A stretch of DNA of 64,000 bases from Pseudomonadota bacterium (GTDB lineage: Bacteria; UBA10199; 2-02-FULL-44-16; DYJF01), in contig JBDRBB010000001.1 in assembly GCA_043823065.1 (NCBI GenBank), forward strand, positions 123,045 to 187,044, in the 5' to 3' direction. A program made the translations under genes and the position numbers. The notes under the pieces were generated by a model, which was given only the letters and a program-made list of their open reading frames with translations, did not search any database and was not told where the DNA came from. Below, piece by piece: positions 39,901 to 48,788 of the stretch; within the stretch, counting starts at the first letter, position 1; each line of letters opens with the position of its first letter.

Positions 39901-42237
39901 CCAGACTTTAGTGGCAGATTAACTCCAGGTGATGCTGATGGGTTAGATGTACCAAGGGATAGATTTGGGCGACCAGAAATTCCTCCAGCAGGTAGTGGTC
40001 CGGGAGTTCCAGGTACTGCCCAAGTGCCAGGTGTCAAGCCAGGTGAAGATCCTACTTTGCGGCCTGGTCCTGTATATTCGCCAGCTGACATACCAGCAGA
40101 AACCAGCCCAACTATTGGAGAAATTGCTGGGCCTAGACTTCAATTACCACGAGTGTGTGAGGACAACCATGAATATTTGGATTGTTGTGCTGTTGCCACC
40201 ACCTGTGATTCTAGCCAATTTGAAACAGGTCGAACAAGTCTAGAGGAATGTTTACGTTTTCACTGTGTGCCGAGTTTCTTAGGTAGATTACCAGAATATA
40301 ATGTGCTTTGCGAGATGATTCAGTGTTGCGTTAATAGTCATGAACCATGTCCAATCGGAGAACCAGAAAGCTCTTTAGACAAAACAAATCGCACCAAATT
40401 CCTGGCCAAAGATTCTGAAGGTAGCGACAGTGATAGCGCGGACAGCAATGAATCTGACTTTGCCAGAAAGTGCGATAGAGTTTATGATTCTCAAGCCAGT
40501 TATTTGGCTTTTATAGATGAATTAAAATTAGCAGCAGCTCAAACCAAAGATGATTCAAAAGCTGGTGCTAACCAAGCAGCTCCTAAGAAAACAAAACTTG
40601 GTTTAGTGGTTGATCAATACTTAAAGCAGCTGAATGTCCCTGAAGAACAAGCTCAGAAGATTAGCCAGGCCTTGCAGAATTATTTTGCAGGTCCTCCGCA
40701 ATCGCTGGCAGATGTATTAATTAGGCCGATTCTATTCCAGCTTATTTATGATATGAAGCTAGCACCTGTAAATCCAGAAACCAAACCTAATGCTAAAAAT
40801 ATGTTGGAAGTGAAGCCGTTCGTGGTGAGCCCTTCGACTTGTCAACCGTTCGTCCTGAGCTTGTCGAAGGACGAAAATGTATCTAAGTCATCCTTCGACA
40901 ATGCTCAGGATGAACGGGGAATATCAAAAGTATTAAACTATCTCACCAGCCTGTTTGTTAACGAAGCCCAGGCAGCAGAGTTTGTGGATGCGCCGTTTAG
41001 CAGCCACTTCCGCTTGCCACGTGGTCAAGTTATGCGTGGACCAAAAGAAATGACGGTTGTGCTAAAAAGCACAGCTGGCTTAGAACCAGAAGAACCTATC
41101 TTTGATGAAGAAGCAGCAGAAGATGATCCCAGCACCACATGCCCAACTTGCGCAGATTGCGCTTGTCCCTGTGCTTGCTGCCCAACAGAAGATGGCCGGC
41201 CTTGCGCTATGGCTGATGCCATAGAAATTGTAACTAGATGTACAGGCTGGTCCACGCCAGTAGCTAAAAAACAAGGCCAAGAGATTAATCGTTTAATCAG
41301 AGATGCAATTCGCGAAGGCGGCGGTGAACCTAAGGACAATGATTTCTTCTGTGAATCAGAAGCAAAGATGCAGGTTTGGCTGAACATACCCCAGGCTGCA
41401 TCAATTTCTAAAGCCAGCACAACCCAGCAATTTAGTGCTGTGGTGGCGCCCAATGCCTTAATCCAGGTTAGTGGCACCTATCCAGATGATTATACTTTAA
41501 GCGATAAGCTGCCTACCAAAACCCATACTGTTGATTCGCCCAAAATTCTATTTCCGCTAGCTTCAAGTGCAGGCGCAGGTAAAGCAACTTTTACCATGCC
41601 CAATCTTTCTTTAGCTGCAGAAGGTGTTTTTGACAGCGCCATTAACGCTGCACTTTCTCAAGCAGCGCCGTTAGAAGCAGATTTGGTGACCAGCATTGGT
41701 GTTTTGGATACTGGAACTTATAACTTAAATAATGTGCTGCAAATTGATATTAATGCTGCTCCAACGCAAGGGCTGGCAGTTAATAGTGATATCGGCTCTG
41801 CTGTAATCTATATGCAAGATAATATTCGTCCCTATCTGTGTTCCTGGACAGCTAGTTGTCCAGATACAGAAGCAACTTTACCAGAGAATTCATTTGCCGA
41901 GCTGAACTTTAAAGAATTCTTGGCAGCGGTAAAAGAGAATGCCAGAGAGTGTAAGAACGGCTATTGTCCGCATAAAGTTTTTGAAAAAGGTTGGCCAGCC
42001 TATCAGCGCTATGGCTATATCTGGGTTCAGGATAAAACTGTCCTGTCTGAAGCCAGTGCCAATATGACCAATATACCAATTGGCTATGTGGGCGGAATGC
42101 CTTTTGAGACAGCTGCCGGCAGTGGTTGCGGTTGTTCTATCAATGCTCCAATGCCAAATCTGTTAAGCTTGATTGTGATGCTATTATTTGCAGGTTTGCC
42201 AATTGGAATTAGATTGATATATTTTAGGAGGAGGTAA
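36910..42237 (+). CDS. Giant secreted Cys-rich surface protein with FG-GAP-like motifs and MYXO-CTERM-like tail (paralog 1)
   Basis: GGAGGT RBS; signal peptide ending VWA; DLDGNG and DTNNDGHLDIVAG motifs; C-terminal GSGCGCS + TM helix + RRR. Confidence 0.8.
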   Translation: MRNLRLLGICLFSFLLLASSQVWAQTFSAPVPVGSDDAQVANIPAALRSSRSSNATNLKFFNHPATASGTANFSTTSLDVTLEGITYNMPVQDLVAVPGLMAEPRVRATDLSQMLDEMIAVALGSGRSSSEFVEPMQGFCPEPLVIENSVWNVAGRNAAITINFMCDVQRSTRSRPNFYNQSDYQLEVADIRNTTGAGEFATLIDGDALVPTALGDAQQSLAPYSAQTYPTTIGSDQHFAYQGKLIEERPGMARIRHIENLVAPYVNMFTYGLADLEQSVVTAAYDPVLVEKLVALAGNFFSADLAGVPASCRGSEGCFLGQATIDPSMPGFEGLYEALLTHVSPLIFFRKDQSQHRLRLSGYSTLQFADIDIEHLPGTMGNFLWQMLMSLNFNTIDVQHIARQSDGQHFLAVVNQATLGSIDYPVVDLALRRVPFSDGSSYNWRALLGTGAGTGFVPLRHAGEPGEIYFPHSAVSYVTFWQQENDSINPNEAFQPVAFGLIGPGAYSSTNLTDVIGDTTRQYFVVASGDITTITDAIVPPNYYIYKFTTEPTEENALYFDPQPARDNANIWPTPGIVAEPYLVKSPYGFAPYEVQAADLDGNGCSEIILTHRGADTAWVPPLADETFSNRPGENVRFQSSVPDDHRMFSDCFTVYFGQVSGDKCVFGTSRRDFCGALESSRQIASVAITDTNNDGHLDIVAGDLVPYEVPGTGTYTGYAHVYEGPIIPTASGGSVKTRGEADDYIRFGYETTTYSPFSEASGTPADYLAELAEGSDKGVVGVGKLTVDANGNLAAVLGLPVMLPSMGCPQYDVREDTTVASWPEMWMALLRERAVPNSSRLTVEGYSNIMPARCIIPGDMPSPPSFPRREPIPRPETGPDPLLDDGGGSGPLDETTGEYWVPDFSGRLTPGDDGRLIGPDYRERICLNPEYIYRSGESETLPCCSRCEDISSPQLALCRDYCDGPGELDADFEVMCEHIMEECDDGDDSLGRYRMDPDFSGRLTPGDADGLDVPRDRFGRPEIPPAGSGPGVPGTAQVPGVKPGEDPTLRPGPVYSPADIPAETSPTIGEIAGPRLQLPRVCEDNHEYLDCCAVATTCDSSQFETGRTSLEECLRFHCVPSFLGRLPEYNVLCEMIQCCVNSHEPCPIGEPESSLDKTNRTKFLAKDSEGSDSDSADSNESDFARKCDRVYDSQASYLAFIDELKLAAAQTKDDSKAGANQAAPKKTKLGLVVDQYLKQLNVPEEQAQKISQALQNYFAGPPQSLADVLIRPILFQLIYDMKLAPVNPETKPNAKNMLEVKPFVVSPSTCQPFVLSLSKDENVSKSSFDNAQDERGISKVLNYLTSLFVNEAQAAEFVDAPFSSHFRLPRGQVMRGPKEMTVVLKSTAGLEPEEPIFDEEAAEDDPSTTCPTCADCACPCACCPTEDGRPCAMADAIEIVTRCTGWSTPVAKKQGQEINRLIRDAIREGGGEPKDNDFFCESEAKMQVWLNIPQAASISKASTTQQFSAVVAPNALIQVSGTYPDDYTLSDKLPTKTHTVDSPKILFPLASSAGAGKATFTMPNLSLAAEGVFDSAINAALSQAAPLEADLVTSIGVLDTGTYNLNNVLQIDINAAPTQGLAVNSDIGSAVIYMQDNIRPYLCSWTASCPDTEATLPENSFAELNFKEFLAAVKENARECKNGYCPHKVFEKGWPAYQRYGYIWVQDKTVLSEASANMTNIPIGYVGGMPFETAAGSGCGCSINAPMPNLLSLIVMLLFAGLPIGIRLIYFRRR
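40816..40917. repeat. Family B REP doublet in frame (34 codons) in giant protein 1
   Basis: CCGTTCGTCCTGAGCTTGTCGAAGG...TCCTTCGACAATGCTCAGGATGAACGG; absent from paralog 2. Confidence 0.92.
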
Positions 42238-42238
42238 T

Positions 42239-45200
42239 ATGAAGAAACTAATTTATAGTTTGTTGATTATTGGTCTGGTTGGTATTTCAGCCAAGTTGGC
42301 AGCTTTTTCTGGTCCAATTCCTGTGGTTGTTGATCAAGGCCAACACTCCAGACATGGGGCAGAGGCAACTGTCTATGGCACGCAAACAGAAGCTACAAAT
42401 TTAATGTTTGGCGCTCATCCTCCTGCTCCTGGAGTCGACCAAAATTTTCATACCATAGAAGTAAATGTAGAAGGAGTGGAAGAACCGATTAAGATTCAAG
42501 ATATTGTGGCCACTCCTGGTATGCTTCCTCCTGGTGAAGGTGAAACTTTGGCAGAGATGATTTTGAATGTTCCGGTAAGGGCCGGATATTTGGGGCGTGA
42601 TCCATCAAGCGGGGCAGTTACGCCAGCGATGAATCCAGCCCAAGCTTTTTGTCCTGATTCTCCTGAAGTGGATTTTGTAACTTCTTTTCCCTTTCATGAA
42701 GAACTGGAATTTGAATGCAATGCCTTAAGTAATTATAACCGCTCCAATGTTCAGCTAGAATTAGCTGATATTAAAAATGTTGCTGATAATGCTGAATATG
42801 ACCGAATCGGTGGCACAGCATTAGTGCCAGGTGTGGTTGGCAGTGCCGAGCAATCAAAATATCCAGGCGCTAATCCAGCAACTGTTAGTAGCCATAATTT
42901 TCCCTTTACCTGGATTTGGGGTCTTAATCGTTTAACCAGACCATATTCTGCTGTTTTATCATATGGTTTATCTTATTTTGATAATGCGCTGGTTTCTGCC
43001 GCCTATGATCCCGTGTTTCTAAATTATGCTAATGCGCGTTCAACTGTAATTGTAGAAGGTAATCCAGCTGATATTTCAACTTGGGCCACTTATGATCAAA
43101 CTAATATTGATTTATTGCATTTCCCGAGAGTCTCTCTTTTCTTATCTTCCCATATTTCACCTTTAATAGCTTATTTTCCTCAAGCAGGTGCGGTGAAATT
43201 AGCTGGCTACACTTCTTGGCAGTTTGGCGATCTGGATCTTACTAATTTACCGCGTTCTCTAAGAAGAAGTTTAATAGGCGATCCGCCTGATGACCCTGGT
43301 TTTATCTGGAAATTCTTGATGGGTATGAATATCAATCCTATCGATGTACAATCTTTTCCAGCTACAGCCAGTGGGCCGGCCCGCCTGGCAGTTATTAACC
43401 AAGCAACTCTTGGTAGTCTGGATCAATGTGTGCGAGGTAATAGGGGGGTCTGCCTTGAGTTTGTTGATGGAACAGCAAGCTGGCGGGAAGCGCTAGGGAC
43501 AAATCCCGGGAACACCATAGATGGTTTTAGACCACTAGCTTCCAGTAGTGGTGAAACTGCTGCATACTATCTGCCTCATGATGTAGTTTCATATGTAACT
43601 TTCTGGGAAATTGATCAGGAAACAAGCAGGGTATCAGCCAATATTAATAAGAGGTGGAATCCTGTAGCTTTTTCGCTTATTGGTCCAGGTGCTTATAGCT
43701 CTGCGATTCTAGTTGAGCAACCTTCGCCTGATGAAACAATGTCTGAAGCTGATCGTGAAAAACAAACAGATAGATTTTTGCTAGTTGCTTCTAGTGAAGT
43801 AGCTCCTGATAACAGTTATTATGTTTACAAGATAGCTCCCAAGGTATTGGGAACCAATGAAAACCTTCTGTATTTTGATCCAGCACCAGGTGAATCTGCT
43901 GAACCAAATGTAGGGCAGAAACTGCCAGGTATTGTTGGTCAACCTTTTAGGGTAATGCCGCCTTATCCTGGTTTTGCTCCTTACGAATTAAAGACAGCTG
44001 ATATAAATAGAGATGGTTGTGATGATATGTTTCTTACTTGGAGGGGAGCTGATATTCTGCCTGCCAAAACAGATGAAAGATTTGAAAATGATTATGAGCA
44101 AGCAGTTCATTTTAAAAATAGTTCAGCTTCAACCGCTGAAGCAGCTAATGATGAAATGTTTTCTAATTGTTTTACGGCTCATCTGGCTATAAAAGCTCCA
44201 GGCGGAAGTTGCGTTTTTCAGCCTAGTTCACGGTACATACAACATTATTGCGATTCTTATTTAGGTGATGGTAGTCCAGCTAGCAGACCGCGAGCTCAAA
44301 TAGCATCTATTACCATTGGTAACTTTAATGGCAATGATCTGCTGGATGTCGTAGCCGGCAATCTGATACCTATGCAGGTTCCGGGGAACAACGAATACGC
44401 TGCTTATGGATTTCTTTTTAACGATATAAGTATTGTTCCAGAAAGCAGCCCTGGTTTCTTTTCTCCAGATACTGCTGATGATTTTGTGCGAATTGGTTAT
44501 AAAACAACAACAGAAGCACCTGCAGGCTCAGGGTCAGAATATTTGCTGGCCATAGCTAGGAATGGAAGTGATGTCACTAGAAGGGCTGGCGTGGCCAAAT
44601 TGTCTGTAGATGAAAATGGCAATATCGGTGCTATTAGTGGTTTGCCCTTGATGATGCCCAAAATGGGTTGCCCAGATTGGACAAATCCAAACAATGCAGA
44701 AGTACAAAGTCCTATAGAATCTTATTTAGCAATTCATTATAATCGAACAAATATTGATCCAGCAGGCGGGGGCATGAATGCAGCCAGAGATAGTGCTGGT
44801 AATATTATGCCTATGCGCTGCGGAGTTACCGAGCCTGTGGTTTATGATTGTCCGGCTATTCCTCTTGATGGCGAGTGGTGGGTATTGCATGAATGTTGTC
44901 AAGATTGTTCTGATGTAATGAGGTCTGGTGATTTTTATGAATGTTGGAATTATTGCGATCCTAATGAATATCCAATGCGTCTATTATGTGCTCCTGAATA
45001 TGCTGGTGATCCAGTTCTTAGAGCAAGATGCAGAATGTTTCAGAATATGTGCGCAGGTTTAGAACCCTGTTTGGGAGATGGAAGTGGTGATTGTTTGGAT
45101 CCTTTGAGAGGTACAGGAGAATTTAATTGTTGTGGTGTATTAGATGATGCGAGAGTTGCGAGAGATTGTTCAGATCTAAATATTTTTGATGATGATCCTC

Positions 45201-47071
45201 CAACTATGTTAGATAATTGTTTAGAAGTTTATAATGATTACTGCTACAGCGAGTACGAAACCTATCAAACCTTCTGTGATTTAATGCGTCCATGTGCTGG
45301 TGATGGTGCCAGCTTAGGTCTGCCCAATGAAAGATCTCAGCACTATGCTTGCAATACTGATCGCATCTATGATTCCAAAGCAGCTTTTATTGCAGAGCTA
45401 AAAAATTTAATACCTGCTGCTCTGCAAGTTAAAGAAACAGCACCAAGCATTGGTGATTTGCGCGCTAAACCTGGCGTTGCCGCAACCAAAGTTGAGCAAT
45501 TGAATAAGATTACACCAATACCGATAATCTTGGAGCAAGAAATCAAAAAATCTCTGATGAGCTCAAAAGAAATGACTGAACAAAAAGCTAATGAGATTAT
45601 TAAATCATTAAGACAGGTGATGTTAGAAAATGAAAACACCTTACCAGTAATGTTAATTCAACCATTCTTAAAACTATTTGTTAATACTCAAACTGAAGAA
45701 CAGTCAGCAAAACAACCAGCTGCAAAACAAGAACCTGAACTCAAGCTAAAACAAAAGACTAGCTGGTTGGATAAATTAACTGGCCTGTTGGTTAATGATG
45801 CTTATGGTTTTGAAGTTCCAGGTTTGGAAACCAATACCCGTTTTTCCCGTGGCAAAGCCATGCCAGGTTTAAGGGAAATGACTGTTGTGCTCAAAGGAGA
45901 TTTTCCAACTCCAGATGAGCCAACTGTGCCACCGCCTGTTGATCCAACTGGAACTTGCCCAAGCTGTCCGCCAGAAGGTTGCCCTTGTCCTTGTGCTTGC
46001 ATGCCTGGTGAAGGTTCACCATGTTCTGTGTCAGATGCAGTGGAAGTGGTTAGTCGTTGCACAGGTTGGTCCTCGCCAGCAACCAAAGCGCTTGGCATGG
46101 ATATGAACAAGCAAATCCGTGATGCAATTCGCGAAGGCGGCGGAGAGCCTTTGGATAATGATTTCTTCTGCGAATCAGAAGCAACCTGGAAGGTTTGGAT
46201 CACTGTGCCTGAAGCAGCAAACATCACCAAAGCTGCATCCACTGGTGATTTTACTGGCCAAGTAGCTAACAGTTTATTGGTCCAAAGAGGCGGCAATGTT
46301 TTGGTTGATTATAAAAAACAAGACAAATTACCTTCCAAGACTAATATTATTTCCCAGCCAATGATTATTTTGCCGCCACTAGTGCCTGCTGATTTTGCGG
46401 CCATGGCTACTTTTATCACTCCTGAGCTGGATCTTTCCCTAGCTACTCAGGCTGCGGAAGTTTCTCTTGGCTCAGTTGATACTTCTTTAAGCTCAAATCT
46501 GGCTGCAGCTGTTCCAGTGCCTGCAGATTTGGTTACCAGTGTTGATCTATATGATACTGGTGTGATGTCTTTTAATAATGTCTTGCGTTGGGAACGAGAG
46601 GCAGCGCCAACTCAAGGTAAGGCTGCAGATAGCACTATTGGTTCAGCAGTGCATCTGGTTGAGATTGATACACCACCCACATTGTGTTCCTGGACCGCAA
46701 GTTGTCCAGACACAGAAGCAACCTTGCCGGAAAATTCCTTGGCAGATTTAGATTTTGAAAAAGTCCTGGATTATATGCGAGATCATGGCCGGTTGTGTCA
46801 GAAGGGTGTTTGCGCGCCTGAGTTTTTTGAACAATGGCCGCCATATCTAAGACTCAACTTTGCTTTGGTTCAATCCAAAACCACTGGTGTGCAAGCTGTT
46901 CCTTTTGCCGGCATTGCAGGCATAACTTTCAAAGGCAAAGGCGGTGGTGGTTGCGGTTGCTTGATTTCTGGTGAAAAAGTAAGCCAGGTGTCTATGATTG
47001 CTATGCTGCTGATGGTTGGTATGCTTGGTGGCGGATATTTATTGGTAAGAGTGAGGAATAAGAGGAAGTAA
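42239..47071 (+). CDS. Giant secreted Cys-rich surface protein with MYXO-CTERM-like tail (paralog 2)
   Basis: Signal peptide; blocks shared with paralog 1 (NQATLGS, IGPGAYSS, GFAPYE, IRDAIREGGGEP.DNDFFCESEA, LCSWTASCPDTEATLPENS); GGGGCGC + TM + RNKRK. Confidence 0.8.
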   Translation: MKKLIYSLLIIGLVGISAKLAAFSGPIPVVVDQGQHSRHGAEATVYGTQTEATNLMFGAHPPAPGVDQNFHTIEVNVEGVEEPIKIQDIVATPGMLPPGEGETLAEMILNVPVRAGYLGRDPSSGAVTPAMNPAQAFCPDSPEVDFVTSFPFHEELEFECNALSNYNRSNVQLELADIKNVADNAEYDRIGGTALVPGVVGSAEQSKYPGANPATVSSHNFPFTWIWGLNRLTRPYSAVLSYGLSYFDNALVSAAYDPVFLNYANARSTVIVEGNPADISTWATYDQTNIDLLHFPRVSLFLSSHISPLIAYFPQAGAVKLAGYTSWQFGDLDLTNLPRSLRRSLIGDPPDDPGFIWKFLMGMNINPIDVQSFPATASGPARLAVINQATLGSLDQCVRGNRGVCLEFVDGTASWREALGTNPGNTIDGFRPLASSSGETAAYYLPHDVVSYVTFWEIDQETSRVSANINKRWNPVAFSLIGPGAYSSAILVEQPSPDETMSEADREKQTDRFLLVASSEVAPDNSYYVYKIAPKVLGTNENLLYFDPAPGESAEPNVGQKLPGIVGQPFRVMPPYPGFAPYELKTADINRDGCDDMFLTWRGADILPAKTDERFENDYEQAVHFKNSSASTAEAANDEMFSNCFTAHLAIKAPGGSCVFQPSSRYIQHYCDSYLGDGSPASRPRAQIASITIGNFNGNDLLDVVAGNLIPMQVPGNNEYAAYGFLFNDISIVPESSPGFFSPDTADDFVRIGYKTTTEAPAGSGSEYLLAIARNGSDVTRRAGVAKLSVDENGNIGAISGLPLMMPKMGCPDWTNPNNAEVQSPIESYLAIHYNRTNIDPAGGGMNAARDSAGNIMPMRCGVTEPVVYDCPAIPLDGEWWVLHECCQDCSDVMRSGDFYECWNYCDPNEYPMRLLCAPEYAGDPVLRARCRMFQNMCAGLEPCLGDGSGDCLDPLRGTGEFNCCGVLDDARVARDCSDLNIFDDDPPTMLDNCLEVYNDYCYSEYETYQTFCDLMRPCAGDGASLGLPNERSQHYACNTDRIYDSKAAFIAELKNLIPAALQVKETAPSIGDLRAKPGVAATKVEQLNKITPIPIILEQEIKKSLMSSKEMTEQKANEIIKSLRQVMLENENTLPVMLIQPFLKLFVNTQTEEQSAKQPAAKQEPELKLKQKTSWLDKLTGLLVNDAYGFEVPGLETNTRFSRGKAMPGLREMTVVLKGDFPTPDEPTVPPPVDPTGTCPSCPPEGCPCPCACMPGEGSPCSVSDAVEVVSRCTGWSSPATKALGMDMNKQIRDAIREGGGEPLDNDFFCESEATWKVWITVPEAANITKAASTGDFTGQVANSLLVQRGGNVLVDYKKQDKLPSKTNIISQPMIILPPLVPADFAAMATFITPELDLSLATQAAEVSLGSVDTSLSSNLAAAVPVPADLVTSVDLYDTGVMSFNNVLRWEREAAPTQGKAADSTIGSAVHLVEIDTPPTLCSWTASCPDTEATLPENSLADLDFEKVLDYMRDHGRLCQKGVCAPEFFEQWPPYLRLNFALVQSKTTGVQAVPFAGIAGITFKGKGGGGCGCLISGEKVSQVSMIAMLLMVGMLGGGYLLVRVRNKRK

Positions 47072-47080
47072 TCAATATTA

Positions 47081-47176
47081 GTCCTTCGACTAGGCTCAGG
47101 ACGAACGGAATGATTGGAGTCCGCTCATCCTGAGCCTTTTTCTTGTCCGCTCATCCTGAGCTTGTCGAAGGATGAC
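47081..47176. repeat. Family B REP cluster
   Basis: GTCCTTCGACTAGGCTCAGGACGAACGG ... CCGCTCATCCTGAGCTTGTCGAAGGATG. Confidence 0.9.
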
Positions 47177-47274
47177 TTTTTTTATCCCCAACTACCTCAA
47201 AACATTTGACTTTCTGGAATATATCATTACAATCGAAAAAAGATAATTATTCCAACCACCTGGAGGGGTAAAAT

Positions 47275-48576
47275 ATGAAAAAACTCTTAGTTTTGGCTCT
47301 GGTGCTGTTATGGACCGTGCCAGCATTTGCCAAACCCAAAAATGTTGACGTCATGAATTTTAATCCAACTACTGACGGCGGCAAGTACATGACCATTCAT
47401 CAATCTAAAACCCTTTATCAATGGCATTTTAACGCTGGTATGTACACAAACTATGCCTACCAGCCCTTGGAATATGCAGATCCAACTGGAGCTAGACGTC
47501 GTGGTATAGTGGATGCTGTGCTTTCTTCAGATTTTCAGGCTGCAGTTGGTTTTACAGATTGGTTTTCAGCAGGCGTAAATTTGCCTGTAGTTTGGTTTGA
47601 ATCCTATTACGATCCATCAGTGCGGGCAGCAGCAGTGCGTAAACAAAACATTAAGATGAAGCTGGGTGATGCGCGCTTGGAAATGAAATTCAGAATTTTA
47701 GATATTGAAAGATATCATGTTGGTTTGGCTGTAGTTCCTTTTATGTATTTTCCCTCAGGGTCTAGCACATATTTCTTAGGCAATGGCATGTGGTCACCTG
47801 GTGGAAAATTGGTTTTTGATGCAGATATTAAAAACCGCGTATTTCTAGCCTTAAATGCGGGCTATCGTAATTATAAACGCACTGTTTATGATGCTAACAC
47901 GCCAAACGCGGTTATTAATGATACTTTGGAATTAGGCGGCGGTATCAACGTGCGCATCACTGATTCTTGGGCAGTATTGGGTGAAGTATATTCAGAAAGT
48001 GTTATCTCCGGTTTGTTCAAAAACCAATTGCAAAACCCAGCAGAATTTTTGGTTGGTGGCAGGTTTACTCCGCAAAAAACCGCCAAAGGCTTGGGAGTTA
48101 CTGTAGCTGGTGGCCGGGGCATGACCACAGGTGTAGGTTCACCAGACTTTAGGATATTAGCTGGTGTTAATTACACCAAACCAAAAGTTGTGGAACTACC
48201 ACCGCCTGTAGAAGTGGAAGTTGTGGCTGAGGAAAAAATTGTTATTACTCAAAAGGTTCATTTTGAATTTAATCAAGCAAGCATTAGGCCAGTATCTTAT
48301 CCAATCTTGGATGATGTTGCTCATTTGCTAGAAATCAATCCGCAGATCAAAAAAGTTAGGGTGGAAGGGCATACAGACTGGATAGGTTCAGATGCCTATA
48401 ATCAACAATTATCTGAACGCAGAGCCCAAGCTGTGCGGGATTATCTAATCCAAAAGGGCATAGCGCCAGATCGCTTGATAGCTGTTGGTTATGGCGAAAT
48501 GAGGCCAATTGCGGATAATAACACCACCAAAGGCCGGGCCAGAAACCGCCGCACTGAGTTTACGGTGCTGGAATAG
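47275..48576 (+). CDS. Outer-membrane beta-barrel plus OmpA_C protein (myxobacterial TraB-like layout, no TSP3 repeats)
   Basis: Signal peptide AFA; amphipathic strands (LGDARLEMK, PAEFLVGGRF, GVGSPDFRILAGVNY); OmpA_C motifs VHFEF, VEGHTD, LSERRA, NRRTEF. Confidence 0.85.
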   Translation: MKKLLVLALVLLWTVPAFAKPKNVDVMNFNPTTDGGKYMTIHQSKTLYQWHFNAGMYTNYAYQPLEYADPTGARRRGIVDAVLSSDFQAAVGFTDWFSAGVNLPVVWFESYYDPSVRAAAVRKQNIKMKLGDARLEMKFRILDIERYHVGLAVVPFMYFPSGSSTYFLGNGMWSPGGKLVFDADIKNRVFLALNAGYRNYKRTVYDANTPNAVINDTLELGGGINVRITDSWAVLGEVYSESVISGLFKNQLQNPAEFLVGGRFTPQKTAKGLGVTVAGGRGMTTGVGSPDFRILAGVNYTKPKVVELPPPVEVEVVAEEKIVITQKVHFEFNQASIRPVSYPILDDVAHLLEINPQIKKVRVEGHTDWIGSDAYNQQLSERRAQAVRDYLIQKGIAPDRLIAVGYGEMRPIADNNTTKGRARNRRTEFTVLE

Positions 48577-48584
48577 AAAGGAAG

Positions 48585-48712
48585 CATCCTTCGACCAGCC
48601 TGTCCTGAGCGAGATATTTACCCTTCGACAAGCTCAGGGCGAACGGTATCGAATCGAAGGGCTCAGGATGAGCGGAGATAATTTACCGTTCATGGTGAGC
48701 TAGTCGAACCAT
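48585..48712. repeat. Nested family B REP cluster
   Basis: CCTTCGACAAGCTCAGGGCGAACGG nested in other units; ends CCGTTCATGGTGAGCTAGTCGAACCAT. Confidence 0.9.
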
Positions 48713-48751
48713 AAACAACAATTATCCTTGAAACCTAGGTAAATACAAGTT

Positions 48752-48788
48752 AAACCCAGGGGAACAATAGTTTCCCTGGGTTTTTTTT
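48752..48788 (+). terminator. Intrinsic terminator-like hairpin
   Basis: AAACCCAGGGGAAC-AATA-GTTTCCCTGGG followed by T8. Confidence 0.7.

Noticed and set aside
39615..39934. DGR template/variable repeat pair
   Set aside because: The 35-nt copies are identical with no adenine-specific differences, and there is no reverse transcriptase in the window.
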